A stretch of DNA of 63,617 nt, the filler included, from Octopus bimaculoides (Eukaryota), in the NCBI RefSeq assembly GCF_001194135.2. It is 3 parts of 3 records of this genome, joined end to end, with 100 filler letters (N's around TTAATTAATTAA, not from the genome) between each part and the next. Parts side by side here need not be neighbours in the genome. Positions count along the whole stretch, not along the records: positions 1 to 30,536 come from NC_068985.1; 2 more parts are not named here. The stretch is one strand, 5' to 3'. Numbering within the stretch: the first letter of the stretch is position 1; every line of letters begins with the position of its first letter. The position numbers and the translations under genes are program-made. Shown here one piece after another: positions 11,603-24,513 of the stretch. Under the pieces are notes generated by a model. The model was not told where the DNA came from. It was given only the letters and a program-made list of their open reading frames with translations, and did not search any database.

Positions 11603-14357
11603 TATATACATGTCTGTATGATCGGTTTCTGCATTGTTTCCATCTCCCAAATTCAATCATAAGGTATTGATAAATCCAGAGCTATAGTCAAAGACACTTG
11701 CCAAAGGTGTCATCCAGTGGGATTGAACCTGCAACCTTGTTATAAAGCAAGCTTCTTAACCCCTTAGCCATGTCTGCACCTGTAAAAAAAAATTTTGAAT
11801 TTCACAAGATGAATAATGGAAACAATTTTTGTATTATTGTGGAATGAATATTATTGTATTGTCACTCAATGGAATTTCAAGCTTAGCTCCTTCGTGACAG
11901 CCACACAAAGTTTCATTTTCTTCTTTTTTATTCAAAATCCCCCACCAAAAACTAAGTAGTTTTGGCAAGAGGTAATTGATTGCTATAACGATCTATTGTT
12001 TGAACAACTTAACATCAGTGTGAAGATAAATCACACAGAAACACCTTTCAAATTCAATCTGATTTTGCAAGGAACAAAACAAAACATTGATATTTCTTTA
12101 CTGCTACTGACATGAGAGAATTTGTAAATTAACAAGTGATATTCTTTAGAAATAGTTAGAAATAGTAGATCAGGAGAATTGTAAGAATGTTAGACAAAAA
12201 TGCCTTATGACACTTAGCAACATCTTCTTTAGTTCTGAGTTCAAATCACACCAAGGCAACTCCACCTTTCATCCTTCTGGAATTGATGAAATAGTGATCT
12301 ATTAACTACTTAGGCACAGTATAATAATTTATTATACTGTGGTTGTGTAGTTAAGAAGCTTGATTCCTAACCATGTGATCTCAGGTTCAAATTCTACTGC
12401 ATGATACCTCAGACAAGTGTCTTCAATTTTGTCATGGTTTTTACAGCTGGACACCCTTCCTAATGCCAACCACTTTTTCTCTATGAAATCTATGCTCAAA
12501 GATTTGGTGGTCTTGAGCCCACCAAATCTTTGAGCATGGATTTCACAGACAGAATGTGGTTGACATTAGGAAGGGCATCCAGCTGTAAAAACCATGTCAA
12601 AATATACAGTAGAGCTTGGTGCAGGGCTCTGGCTTGGCAGCTGCTGTCAAACTGTACAACCCATACCAGCATGGAAGACAGGCGTTAAATGATGAAGACG
12701 ATGAAATTTAGATGAAGCCCATTGAATGTGTGTGCGTCCATGCGCATGTATATGTGTGTGTGTGTGTGTGCAGGTGTGTATAGGTGTGTCTACTCTTGTT
12801 TTGACATCACAATAAAATGGGCTTGGAGGTGCAATTGTACCCGTGGGTGGGAGTATCTCCACTCCTGGTCTAAACCCTTCAAGGCAGTGCCCCAGCATGA
12901 CTGCAGTCTGAATAAGAGAAGGATAAATGATATAGTCCTATTTTACTGAGTCAACTCTATATTTGTTTCTCTCACATTTACTTCTGTTTCTCTCTTTGCC
13001 CACCACATCTATTTATCCCACCCTTCTCCACACCACCGATGTTATCCAAAGGAAAGGCAAAGGGGCCAATACAGCTTGGCACCTGTGATGTTGCAACTCA
13101 TTTCTACAGCTGAGTTATTTGAAGCAACGTGAAATAAAGTGTCTTGCTCAAGAACACAGCACACAGCCCAATCCAGGAATCAAACTCACAACCTCACAAT
13201 CGTAAGCTCGACGCTCTAACTACTCAGCCATGTGCCTTCACTACATATATATATATATATACATATATNNNNNNNNNNNNNNNNNNNNNNNNNNNNNNNN
13301 NNNNNNNNNNNNNNNNNNNNNNNNNNNNNNNNNNNNNNNNNNNNNNNNNNNNNNNNNNNNNNNNNNNNNNNNNNNNNNNNNNNNNNNNNNNNNNNNNNNN
13401 NNNNNNNNNNNNNNNNNNNNNNNNNNNNNNNNNNNNNNNNNNNNNNNNNNNNNNNNNNNNNNNNNNNNNNNNNNNNNNNNNNNNNNNNNNNNNNNNNNNN
13501 NNNNNNNNNNNNNNNNNNNNNNNNNNNNNNNNNNNNNNNNNNNNNNNNNNNNNNNNNNNNNNNNNNNNNNNNNNNNNNNNNNNNNNNNNNNNNNNNNNNN
13601 NNNNNNNNNNNNNNNNATATATATTTATATATATATATATATGTGTGCATATATATTCTAATAGTGAACATTTTCTAATCCTAAAGCAGATATTTGAAAA
13701 AGAGAAATGACCATATTACTTACAAAAACTGAACAAAAATGAAAAAAAACAAAGGGAAAATCTAAAACTATCTGAAACTTAAGGAAAGGAAAATTAATTA
13801 TTGTCGTCATAGTGATACGGAACAAACCATCGCAAGTTTCAGCATGAAGTAACAGTAGCTGTCAGTAAGATTTTACTTAAACTTTGATAAATTACTTTTT
13901 GATAACAATTGATTTTTTTCTACCACACACAGAGGCGGGTAGGTATCTACTTCTTTAAGGCTTTATTTCCTAAAGTGCAATACAAAACAATAGGCTATTT
14001 ATTTCATATTCACACAAGGCTGGAAACATTGCATCTAGCAGATGAATGGGGCAGGTATTGAGTTCTATTGGATGGTGATGTGTTGTTTTGTAGACCTCTT
14101 TCTTACATATTTGCCAACCAAAATATAATCATAAGTTAAAACATGGATAGTGATAATTGTTTATTTATTTATTTATTTTTATTTTTTTACCAGAATTCTA
14201 CAAAACAAGTCTCAGTTGAATAGAGAAGTAGATTCCATCAGTTGATCCCTCTTCTGAAAATCTGTGACCGTGTACTAAGTCTAAAAATAAAAATTCTCCT
14301 CCTCACCTCTTAATCACCACCATCATCTTAAAAGTTGTTATTATTATTATGATTATG

Positions 14358-14389
<32 letters not shown>

Positions 14390-14701
14390 GTTACATTTTT
14401 ATGAAACTCAATCAGATAGGTGCGGGAGTGGCTGTGTGGTAGCTTGTTTACTAACCACATGGTTCCGATAGCACATAAAAAGCACCATCTGAACATGGCC
14501 GATGCCATTGCTGCCTGACTGGCTCCTGTGCCAGTGGCATGTAAAAAGCACCCACTACACCCTTGGTGTGGTTGGCGTTAGGAAGGGCATCCAGCTGTAG
14601 AAACATTGCCAGATCAGATTGGAGCAGCCTGGTGCAGCCTCCTGGCTTGCCAGTCGCCAGTCAAACATCTAATCCATGCCAGCATGGAAAATGGATGTTA
14701 A

Positions 14702-14734
<33 letters not shown>

Positions 14735-15221
14735 TAAAGTCATGCTTGATGGAATTTAAATTCAGACATAAAGATTCTGCTCTACAACTACAACTACTTT
14801 CTATCATAAATGCAGGACCAGAAATTGGAAGGTAGTAAACAACCGATTATATCAACTCCAGTATTTGACTAGTACTTTATTTCCCCAACCACTGAAATAT
14901 GGACGGCAAAGTTGACTTTGACAAGATTAGAACTCAAAATGTCAAGAGCCAAAATAAATGCATTTTGTCTGGTTCTCTAATAATTCTGTCCGCCGACAAC
15001 AATGGTAAATCTTTCAAATTTTGCCTTAAGGCCAGCAATTACATCAGCTCCTAATACCTGACTGGTGCTTTATTTTAAGGAAGAAATATGACAAGGCATT
15101 TTCTCCCAGCATTCTAGTAATTCTGCCAATCAAAGATGATGCTAATCTTCAAAATATGGCAACAACTGAAAAAGTAATCGAGAAGAAAGATGTTATTATG
15201 GATAGTGAGTGAAGGAGAATA

Positions 15222-15305
15222 AAACAGTGTAGTGGTTAAGAGTGTGAGCTGCTAACCCCAAGATTCCAAGTTCAATTCCAGGCAGTGACCTGAATAATAA
15301 TAATG

Positions 15306-15341
<36 letters not shown>

Positions 15342-15512
15342 CAACAACAACATTGAAAAATACCTTAGGAATTCCCCAATACACCTGATGAAGGCTGGAG
15401 GGTATATCAGCCAAAACATTGTGTCAACAACAAACAAGATGAGGACAAATATCCGTCAAATGTAAATAATGTAAATAACGTACATAATTCCTCATCTCTT
15501 AAATGTAGAACA
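15222..15512 (+). mobile_element. tRNA-headed SINE-like element: A/B boxes, (AAT)n and a hammerhead-bearing tail
   Basis: A box TAGTGGTTAAG at 15230-15240, B box GTTCAATTCC at 15270-15279, (AAT)n at about 15293-15340, then the hammerhead motif. Confidence 0.6.
15381..15424 (+). ncRNA. Decayed type I hammerhead motif in a SINE-like tail
   Basis: ACAC CTGATGA A GGCTG(10 nt)CAGCC AAAA C AT T GTGT. Restoring G at 15413 and 15418, both in CpG contexts, gives the canonical GAAAC-GTT. Confidence 0.55.
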
Positions 15513-17451
15513 GAAAGAAAAATGTTCTTTCATGCAAAGAGGAAAATATATTATCTGATGAATAATTGATGTCATTTATGGTTGAGGGCACTGTGTAATG
15601 TTGTGAGGAATGAGAAATTAATTTGCCATTATGACAGTGAATAATTGGTTTGCATGGATTCAGGAAGCAGAGCAGATGACGTATGTGAGATGAAAGTTGT
15701 ATTCACATCAGATAAAATTAAGAAATAATCAATCTAACATTCCAGTTTCAACTTTTAGCTCTTAAAACTCACTTAATTGGATAAAATGTCTGATTTTCTG
15801 GAAGTCAAGTAATTAAATGGATACAGGAGAATGTTAATTATAATTATTAACTTTGGCACAAAACCACATTATTTTTTAAAACTTTTTGAGGAGAGTTTTA
15901 TCTGAAACTCTTAGTTTTAGACTGATATTTATTTGATTGGCCCTAGAGTTATGAAAGAAAAAGATGACCTCAGTGGAATTTGAACTCAGAATGTAGAGTA
16001 TGTAACTAAATACTATGACAGCTTGCAGCTACTATCACACCACCATTTTCTATGGCTGACAAGACTAATTTCTTTATTATGTATGAGTTTGGTTCTTGCT
16101 TTATCAATCACTTTAGAACAAAAGATAAGGTCAACCTTAGTTGGATTCAAGCTAAAAATAGTAAATATCGATTGTGCTCACCAACATCCTTTAAATGACG
16201 ATCATTGTGATAACATAGGCAAAAGACTGTTCATTTTAGGTAATGTAACGATCAATTAGATCAGCCTACGTTCTTGACTAGTACATTATTTTGTTAAACT
16301 CAGCAGCATAGTTGGGGATAAGAGAGGAAAGTGGCCTGCCCAAAGCAATACTTTTAAAGGGGCTGCAATTTGGGGTTTCCTGTATAAGCCTGGGGACCCA
16401 GGGGTGGTCATAGTAACCAGACTGAAATAATTCCATCGCAATTATCTTTGATGCATTCAGAGTTTCCAGGACCATATTATTCAGTGTTATTTCTTGCATG
16501 TTGACTGGCCACCAAAATATATAATCATAGCTTCCACAATTGTTTTGAAACTCTTAGGCAAGTGCAATGACAGCTATGCTTCATTGACGAAGTCAGAATA
16601 AAGCCAAAACTTGTTCTACAACATCTTCCATACTTATCAGAAAAAACTGAAATATCATTTGTCATTGACTAATATTGATTTTGCATTCAGTCTTTCCATT
16701 TTCTTTTTTTTTTTTTTTTTTTTTTCACCTCATAATTATTCCTCGTTCAACTTTTTATTGCAGTAGTAAATATACTAAACACTAAATTTCCTACAAATTT
16801 CAAAGTGAACTTCTTTGTCTTTCAAGAGAAAATTCGTTAACTCTAGTGACTTTTCTATCATTATGGGTGTAACTTTTTAATTCATTAAAGATTTAGCTCT
16901 TTGGATCACTACATTAAGTATGTCTGCTCCAAATTAATTATGCTGAAATGGAGATTAGCAATTATTGAAAGAATAAAAATAAAATGAATAGGTGCATGAT
17001 ATTTTTAAACCGGTAGCTGAACAACTAGTTTACTCATCTACACTAAATAGTTGTTTTGGTGTGTCTTTATAAGGTGCTAATAAGTAGCTGCTAGTAAAAG
17101 ATAACAATCTCAAATTAACATATCTTATGCAACCTATAGAAAAATGGGTTTAGCGACTGAGGTGATGTTATTAAATATCTTCACTCTCTCAAATCCTGAT
17201 AAAACCTGATTTAGGTTAAGTTTATTTTATGAAGTAGCTATATAGATTGTTGACAAATCACTTTGATCTGTGTGAATTTATCAAGAAAAAACATCATGTT
17301 TGTTTTCTTTCTTCTCTCATAACAGTATCTGATTGCAATTTTCTGATTACAGCTTTCTCACACACACACATGCATGTGCATGTATATATATTATATATAT
17401 AAATATATATATGTGTGTGTATGTATGTACACACACACACACACACACATA

Positions 17452-18530
17452 CAGGGTGTGGACGGTATTTGAGGAAAGAATTATGGTTTTAAAAGAAATG
17501 TTTATATAATAACAGAAAAAACTGCATATTTATAAAAATAGCATAAATATAAAGCTAAATTATCAATTTAATAATTTCATTCAATAAAACCACCATTAAC
17601 ATCAATAACTGCCTCTACGAGGTGTCGAAATCATTTACAAGCTTGGATTAAGTGGTCTTTGTTCATATCAGGCATGACTCAAACTATGGTGGCTTTCAAA
17701 GACTTTTTGGTGCTACAGGGGTGTTCATTGATATTTTTTCAATGATGCTCCATACATAGTAGTCCAGTGGATTGAGATCTGGAGAATTAGGAGGCCAAAT
17801 ACTGGGGCAACGTGATCATGTAAATTGTCAGCTTCCATTCTTGTGTCATTTGAACCTTGTGTGATGGTGCAGAATTTTGTTGAAAGACATAAGGCCTTCC
17901 ATTGCATACATTGTTGATCCAAGGCTTAACAAATTTATCCAGAACCTCAATATACACAGCAGCATTCACCCTAAGGCCTTGTGGAAAAAAGTGAGGAGGT
18001 ATCACATGTCTTTCATTGCTAACAACGCCCCAAACCATGATACTTGCAGGAAATTGTGTGTGCATTACTCTTGGAACCTCAGAAGAGCCTGCACACAGCC
18101 ATCTGTCATTTCTTCTGTTAGTTTTCTGGTCCTGGTCAAGGTTTTTCTCATCTGAGAAAAACCAAATCACACCATCTTTTGATGGATTTTTAAGTTTGCT
18201 CAAAAGTCCTTTGGATCTGATTAAATAGTTTTCTTTTGCTTTTTCTGACATGAATTGATCTCTCCTCATCACGTAAGATTTGTATCTGATGTCTTCATGT
18301 ACAATATTTCTGATTGTTTTTTTCTGACACATGAAATCTTTTTGCAGTTGACCTCATTGATTTTCCTGGATTGTCTCCAATGTTTTGCTTAACTTCCTAA
18401 ATAAACTCAGGTGTCCTGATACAATCAGAGCATTTAGAATGTTATTTTACATTTTGATACAGGTAATATGCTTCCATCATCTTTCTCTAACTCACACCGA
18501 ATCTTATGGACAAAAGATCTTGCAACTTTC
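17452..18530 (-). mobile_element. Decayed Tc1/mariner transposon, maT/DD37D-like
   Basis: FFSDEK..MVWGVVS..YVFQQNSAPSHK, then after a frameshift WPPNSPDLNPLD..VIDVNGGFIE*. One terminus TA|CAGGGTG is at 17450-17458, and the other end was not seen. Confidence 0.9.
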
Positions 18531-19673
18531 AGACAACGAGAATTTCTAAATCGCCATGCTTTGCTTCTAAAGCCACAATCACAGCATGCCTTTTCATTTC
18601 ATTTGTAAGCATAGAATGTAGTGGGTGCTTTTACGTGCCACCGGCATGAAGGCCAGTCAGGCAGTACTGGCCTTCATGCCAGTGGCACGTAAAAGCACCC
18701 ACTACACTCTCGGAGTGGTTGGTGTTAGGAAGGGCATCCAGCTGTAGAAACTCTGTCAAATCAGATTGGAACCTGGTGTAGCCATCTGGTTCACCAGTCT
18801 TCAGTCAAATTGTCCAACCCATGCTAGCATGGAAAGCGGATGTTAAATGATGATGATGAGGGCCTGTCATTGTTATTTTCTGAAATAGAAGTTCAATAAA
18901 AATTAGTGAAATAAAACAATGACTAAAAATGCATGTGTTCTCAAATACTGTCTGCCTCTTGTATACATGTATGAGTACACACACACACGTTATCAGACAG
19001 CTGCTCATAAATTAGAAAAGGCACACTCATTATGAATAATAGAACAGTTATAATTTCATAAGAGAGTCTATATATAAAAACTATTATTTAACTCCAGGAC
19101 AGGTCTTGTTTCTGCAAGTCAAATTCATGACTTGTTTTGCCAACCAGGTTTACACGTGAGAAAGTAGTAGCTAAATAATATCACCTCAAAGGCACAATGA
19201 AGCTTTTGAATAAATCAAGACATGAATCAGACAACATGAACGAAATACTAATTTGTGATTACTATTTTCTTTGTTGTGGCTGAAATATCCTAACGAAACT
19301 CATTTACAAGATATAAAAAAAACTGATATGGATGTCTTTAATATAGAATTTGAAAAAGATACGTGTGCTGAATGCCACACATTCTGGCCAAGATATAATC
19401 CAGTCATATTAATTTTTACTGTGGGTGCTCAGAATACAACTGTACCTTGAAGAAGATCAAATAGATCATACAAAGAAAAAATATATTTATAACTTGGGGA
19501 TGTATTATGTTTCAAAGAGTAGGAGTACAGTTCATTAAGGAAATGAATGAAGCTGAAACTTAGTAACGTGTGTGTGTGTGTGTGCGTCTCTTTCTCTCTT
19601 GCTTTCTAAGATGTTCATCTAGTTTAATTTATTTACCTCGCACTATTTCATGTTGGTTGTGTCCTTTCTATTA

Positions 19674-19885
19674 AGTACCGCCTGACTGGCTCTTGTGCCG
19701 GTGACACGTAAAAGCACCCACTACACTCTCGGAGTGGTTGGCATTAGGAAGGGCATCCAGCTGTAGAAACTCTGCCAGATCAGATTGGAGCCTGGTGCAG
19801 CCATCTGGTTCGCCAGTCCTCAGTCAAATCGTCCAATCCATGCCAGCATGGAAAGCGGACGTTAAACGACGATGATGATGATGAA
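19674..19885 (+). mobile_element. Short RTE-3'UTR copy with a (GAT)n tail (representative)
   Basis: GGAAGGGCATCCAGCTGTAGAAAC..CATGGAAAGCGGACGTTAAAC(GAT)n. Others lie at about 2776-2995, 12519-12715, 14505-14733, 18666-18860, 20020-20355(-), 20385-20560(-), 21908-22055(-) and 24414-24513. Confidence 0.85.
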
Positions 19886-20714
19886 TGCATCTTCATCTTT
19901 ATTTCTCAATTTCAAATTCAAATGCTTCATCCTATCAAAATATTATGCAGAAATGATTACCTCCCATACATTAACTGGCTGCTAGGGGACATCACATGGT
20001 CGTTAGCGTTGGCATTGCCATCATCATCATCATCATCATAATCATCATCGTTTAACGTCCGCTTTCCATGCTAACATGGGTTGGACGATTTGACTGAGAA
20101 CTTGTGAACCAGATGGCTACACTAGGCTCCAATCTGATCTGGCAGAGTTTCTACAGCTGGACGCACTTCCTAACTCCAACCACTCCGAGAGTGTAGTGGT
20201 TGCTTTTTATGTGCCACCAGCATGAGGGCCAGTCAGGCAGTACTGGCGACGGCCACGCTCAAATGGTGTTTTTTATGTGCCAACTGCACAGTAGCCAGTC
20301 CAGCAGCACTGGCAATGACCTCACTCGCATGTTGTTTTTCATGTGCCACCGGCATATATATATATATATATATATAAAACATCATTTAATGGTGGCTTGT
20401 GTTGGATGGTTTGATAGGAGTTGGCCAAAATCCAGGATCCACACCAGGTTCCATTGTCTGTTTTGTCATGGTTTTTTACAGCTGGATGCCCTTCCTAACA
20501 CCACTCACTTTACAGAGTGTACTACATGCTTTTTATGTGGTACCATCACCAGTGCTCCAGTACATTTTACACATGTATATACATATATACATAAATGTAA
20601 AAGACTTTTTCATTTTCCAGAGAATCAAACTAATACACCTGCTTGTTCATACACCTGTCTTCATCTTTTGTTTTTCTATAAATTTCAACTATATATATAA
20701 ATACATATATATAT

Positions 20715-21112
20715 GCAGGAGTGGCTGTGTGGTAAGTAGCTTGCTTACCAACCACATGGTCCTGGGTTCAGTCCCACTGCGTAGCACCTTGGGCAAGTGT
20801 CTTCTACTATAGCCCCGGGCCGACCAAAGCCTTGTGAGTGGATTTGGTAGATGGAAACTGAAAGAAGCCCGTTGAATATATATGTATATGTGTAAATATA
20901 TATGTGTGTGTTTGTGTGTCTGTGTTTGTCCCCCCAACATCGCTTGACAACCGATGCTGGTGTGTTTACGTCCCTGTAACTTAGCGGTTCGGTAAAAGAG
21001 ACCAATAGAATAAGTACTAGGCTTACAAAGAATAAGTCCTGGGGGCGATTTGCTCGACTAAAAGCGGTGCTCCAGTATGGCTGCAGTCAAATGACTGAAA
21101 CAAGTAAAAGAG
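20715..21112 (+). mobile_element. Full-length tRNA-derived CORE-type SINE (family A; probably octopus OR-type)
   Basis: Head GCAGGAGTGGCTGTGTGGTAAG..GGTTCAGTCCC, MIR-like core GCACCTTGGGCAAGTGTC, an internal TA/TG tract and the tail ..GACTGAAACAAGTAAAAGAG. Other pieces lie at about 1325-1470, 1741-2110, 10111-10283, 11614-11782, 12337-12425, 34990-35295, 43721-43876, 44817-45175, 49140-49345 and 56075-56443. Confidence 0.85.
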
Positions 21113-22424
21113 CATTTTTTGAGAAAAAAAAAGAAGAATGAAAGCTTGATAAAAAAGAAAATATTTATTTATATTTCAATATACATTAGAATATAATATT
21201 AGCTGATAAATATTTCTTACAGCTTCATATAATATATATATATATATATATATAAAATTTATAGTTGGAAAACAATTAATTAAAAGAACATGATTTTATA
21301 AGGGATATTTCAATGAAATCATAAATTATGTTGGCAATATATGTACTGTTAGCTTCATTTCTGTCATATTAATTAACAGTTTGGTTTTAAAAAAATCTCC
21401 AATTATTTTGAGATGTATTGTAAAATAATTGCACCCTCTGAATGAATTTATTTTGTTTATATATACAACATGGATTTTGTGAACCATAGCCACCCTGGTT
21501 AGAGGTTTCTAATAGGTTAATCACTGGTTCAATGTATTTCCATTTCTGAGAATGATAAGGGTATGTCTCTGCAATTTGGGCGGAATAAATGCAAAGTGTT
21601 TTTGTGACGCATTAATTTCTTGGCAATTTTGGTTATGTGTATGTCATTATGCATACGTATACACGTGATAAGCTTATGAATGTACTAGTACTAGTAGTGT
21701 GGTTGTAAGTTCTGGGAGCACCAGTTGTGTGAAACAGGTTCAATTTCTGCCCGAGCCATTTTACATCACATAATTGGAATTTCAGTAACTAGAGTGTGTG
21801 AGTGTGTGTGTGTGTGTGTGTATACACACACACACAAATATCTATATATATATATGTATGCATTTATATATCACTTATAAATACATACATACATATATAT
21901 ACATACATCATCATCGTTTAACGTCCGCTTTCCATGCTAGCATGGGTTGGACGATTTGACTGAGGACTGGTGCAACCGGATGGCTACACCAGGCTCCAAT
22001 CTAATTTGGCAGAGTTTCTACAGCTGGATGCCCTTCCTAACACCAACCACTCATGTATGCATTTATATATCACTTATAAATACATATATACCTAGATATA
22101 CATACACATATATACACACATATATATACATACACACACACATATATATATTTAGAGAGAGAAAGAGGGCAATAGGTAGACAGAAAATGGATACAGAAAT
22201 ATATATACTTGTATTTATTTATTTATATATACTAGGGTGAAATATATATATATATAAATACATATGCATTTACATATTTATACATGTACATATAAATGTG
22301 TAGACATGTATACAAATCTATCTATTTGTCTACACACACACATAACACTTAATCAAGGATATTAGTAGTTACCAGTTTGTCAGTAGTATGTGTGTGTGTA
22401 TGTGTATAAGACATTTGTTTTATA

Positions 22425-22648
22425 CAGGATGTTCAAAACGTCTCTCTGCTTACAAAATAAATATTTATAAGATGGTATAAGACTACAAAAGAATATATTA
22501 GACTTTACAAGACTTTAAGAAACTTTATAAGAGGTGTTGAAAGAGTCGTCCTTCATTTCCAATACATAAAATTTAATTTCTTTTTTTACTGCCATGTGAG
22601 CACTCCCTAGGCTGAGACTCCCTGCGGAGAGACATTTTGAACACCCTG
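22425..22648. mobile_element. Tc1/mariner-type MITE
   Basis: TIRs CAGGATGTTCAAAACGTCTCTC and GAGAGACATTTTGAACACCCTG, with TA on the left flank. Confidence 0.8.
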
Positions 22649-24480
22649 CATATACTGATTGCTTTTAGAGTTGCATTTTCAGATGCTAGCATGGGTTAAA
22701 TGAATGTAGTATTGGAGCATTGTTTTAACAGTCAGACGACAATCCTGTTGATAAACCTTACTTTGTTTTTCAAGGAGCCTGTAGAAAAAGAGGGGCAAAA
22801 AAACTTGGGAAGAAGTACTGAAAGCTGATTTCAGAAGGTTAAACCTGATGAAAGACATAACAATGAGCTAACAAGTGGCAAAAGGCTAAACTAGAGAAGA
22901 TCCATCCAGTCCTTGGATGCATGGAAAAACAAGTGTAAATCATAATGATTTTTTTTTTTTTGTCATTCACTAGTAGTCTGTGACCATGACAGGATACTCC
23001 TTTCAATATGATTTACTGTCAATTATATTTACGCCAATTTTCTTGGAAATTACGTAATACTAAGTGGACAATCATATAAGGGGAGATAATTCAGTCAGAC
23101 ATGATATTTGTTCAAATCTACTGCTGACACCTGTTGATATTAAATTATACTACACGCACACACACACATTCATAATCATCACCACTATATCTTTTTCGTC
23201 TCATTTCCATGCTGATACGGGTTGGATTGTCTGAGTAAGCTGTTCCATGGATTGGATCAACTGGAACCTGCGTCATCGTAACCGACAGAGTGTCAGTATA
23301 TAACTCCTACTAAAGTACCTCTTTCTTTCGTTTCTCCACTCACTCATATATATGTATGTGTACATTACAAATATATATATATATATATAAATACAAATAA
23401 TAAATGAGTATATGCATATACACGTACATGTATGTACATACCTACATCTAACTGTGTATATAGATACATATCTGGGTACAGGACGTTGCAAACAAAACGT
23501 CGACAAAATAATAAACAGAGTGTATATATATATATATATATATATNNNNNNNNNNNNNNNNNNNNNNNNNNNNNNNNNNNNNNNNNNNNNNNNNNNNNNN
23601 NNNNNNNNNNNNNNNNNNNNNNNNNNNNNNNNNNNNNNNNNNNNNNNNNNNNNNNNNNNNNNNNNNNNNNNNNNNNNNNNNNNNNNNNNNNNNNNNNNNN
23701 NNNNNNNNNNNNNNNNNNNNNNNNNNNNNNNNNNNNNNNNNNNNNNNNNNNNNNNNNNNNNNNNNNNNNNNNNNNNNNNNNNNNNNNNNNNNNNNNNNNN
23801 NNNNNNNNNNNNNNNNNNNNNNNNNNNNNNNNNNNNNNNNNNNNNNNNNNNNNNNNNNNNNNNNNNNNNNNNNNNNNNNNNNNNNNNNNNNNNNNNNNNN
23901 NNNNNNNNNNNNNNNNNNNNNNNNNNNNNNNNNNNNNNNNNNNNNNNNNNNNNNNNNNNNNNNNNNNNNNNNNNNNNNNNNNNNNNNNNNNNNNNNNNNN
24001 NNNNNNNNNNNNNNNNNNNNNNNNNNNNNNNNNNNNNNNNNNNNNNNNNNNNNNNNNNNNNNNNNNNNNNNNNNNNNNNNNNNNNNNNNNNNNNNNNNNN
24101 NNNNNNNNNNNNNNNNNNNNNNNNNNNNNNNNNNNNNNNNNNNNNNNNNNNNNNNNNNNNNNNNNNNNNNNNNNNNNNNNNNNNNNNNNNNNNNNNNNNN
24201 NNNNNNNNNNNNNNNNNNNNNNNNNNNNNNNNNNNNNNNNNNNNNNNNNNNNNNNNNNNNNNNNNNNNNNNNNNNNNNNNNNNNNNNNNNNNNNNNNNNN
24301 NNNNNNNNNNNNNNNNNNNNNNNNNNNNNNNNNNNNNNNNNNNNNNNNNNNNNNNNNNNNNNNNNNNNNNNNNNNNNNNNNNNNNNNNNNNNNNNNNNNN
24401 NNNNNNNNNNNNNCATCCGGTTTCACCAGTCCTCAGTCAAATCGTCCAACCCATGCTAGCATGGAAAGCGGACGTTAAAC

Positions 24481-24513
<33 letters not shown>

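Noticed and set aside
16278-16499. 73-aa ORF
   Set aside because: No recognisable homology or convincing splice context.
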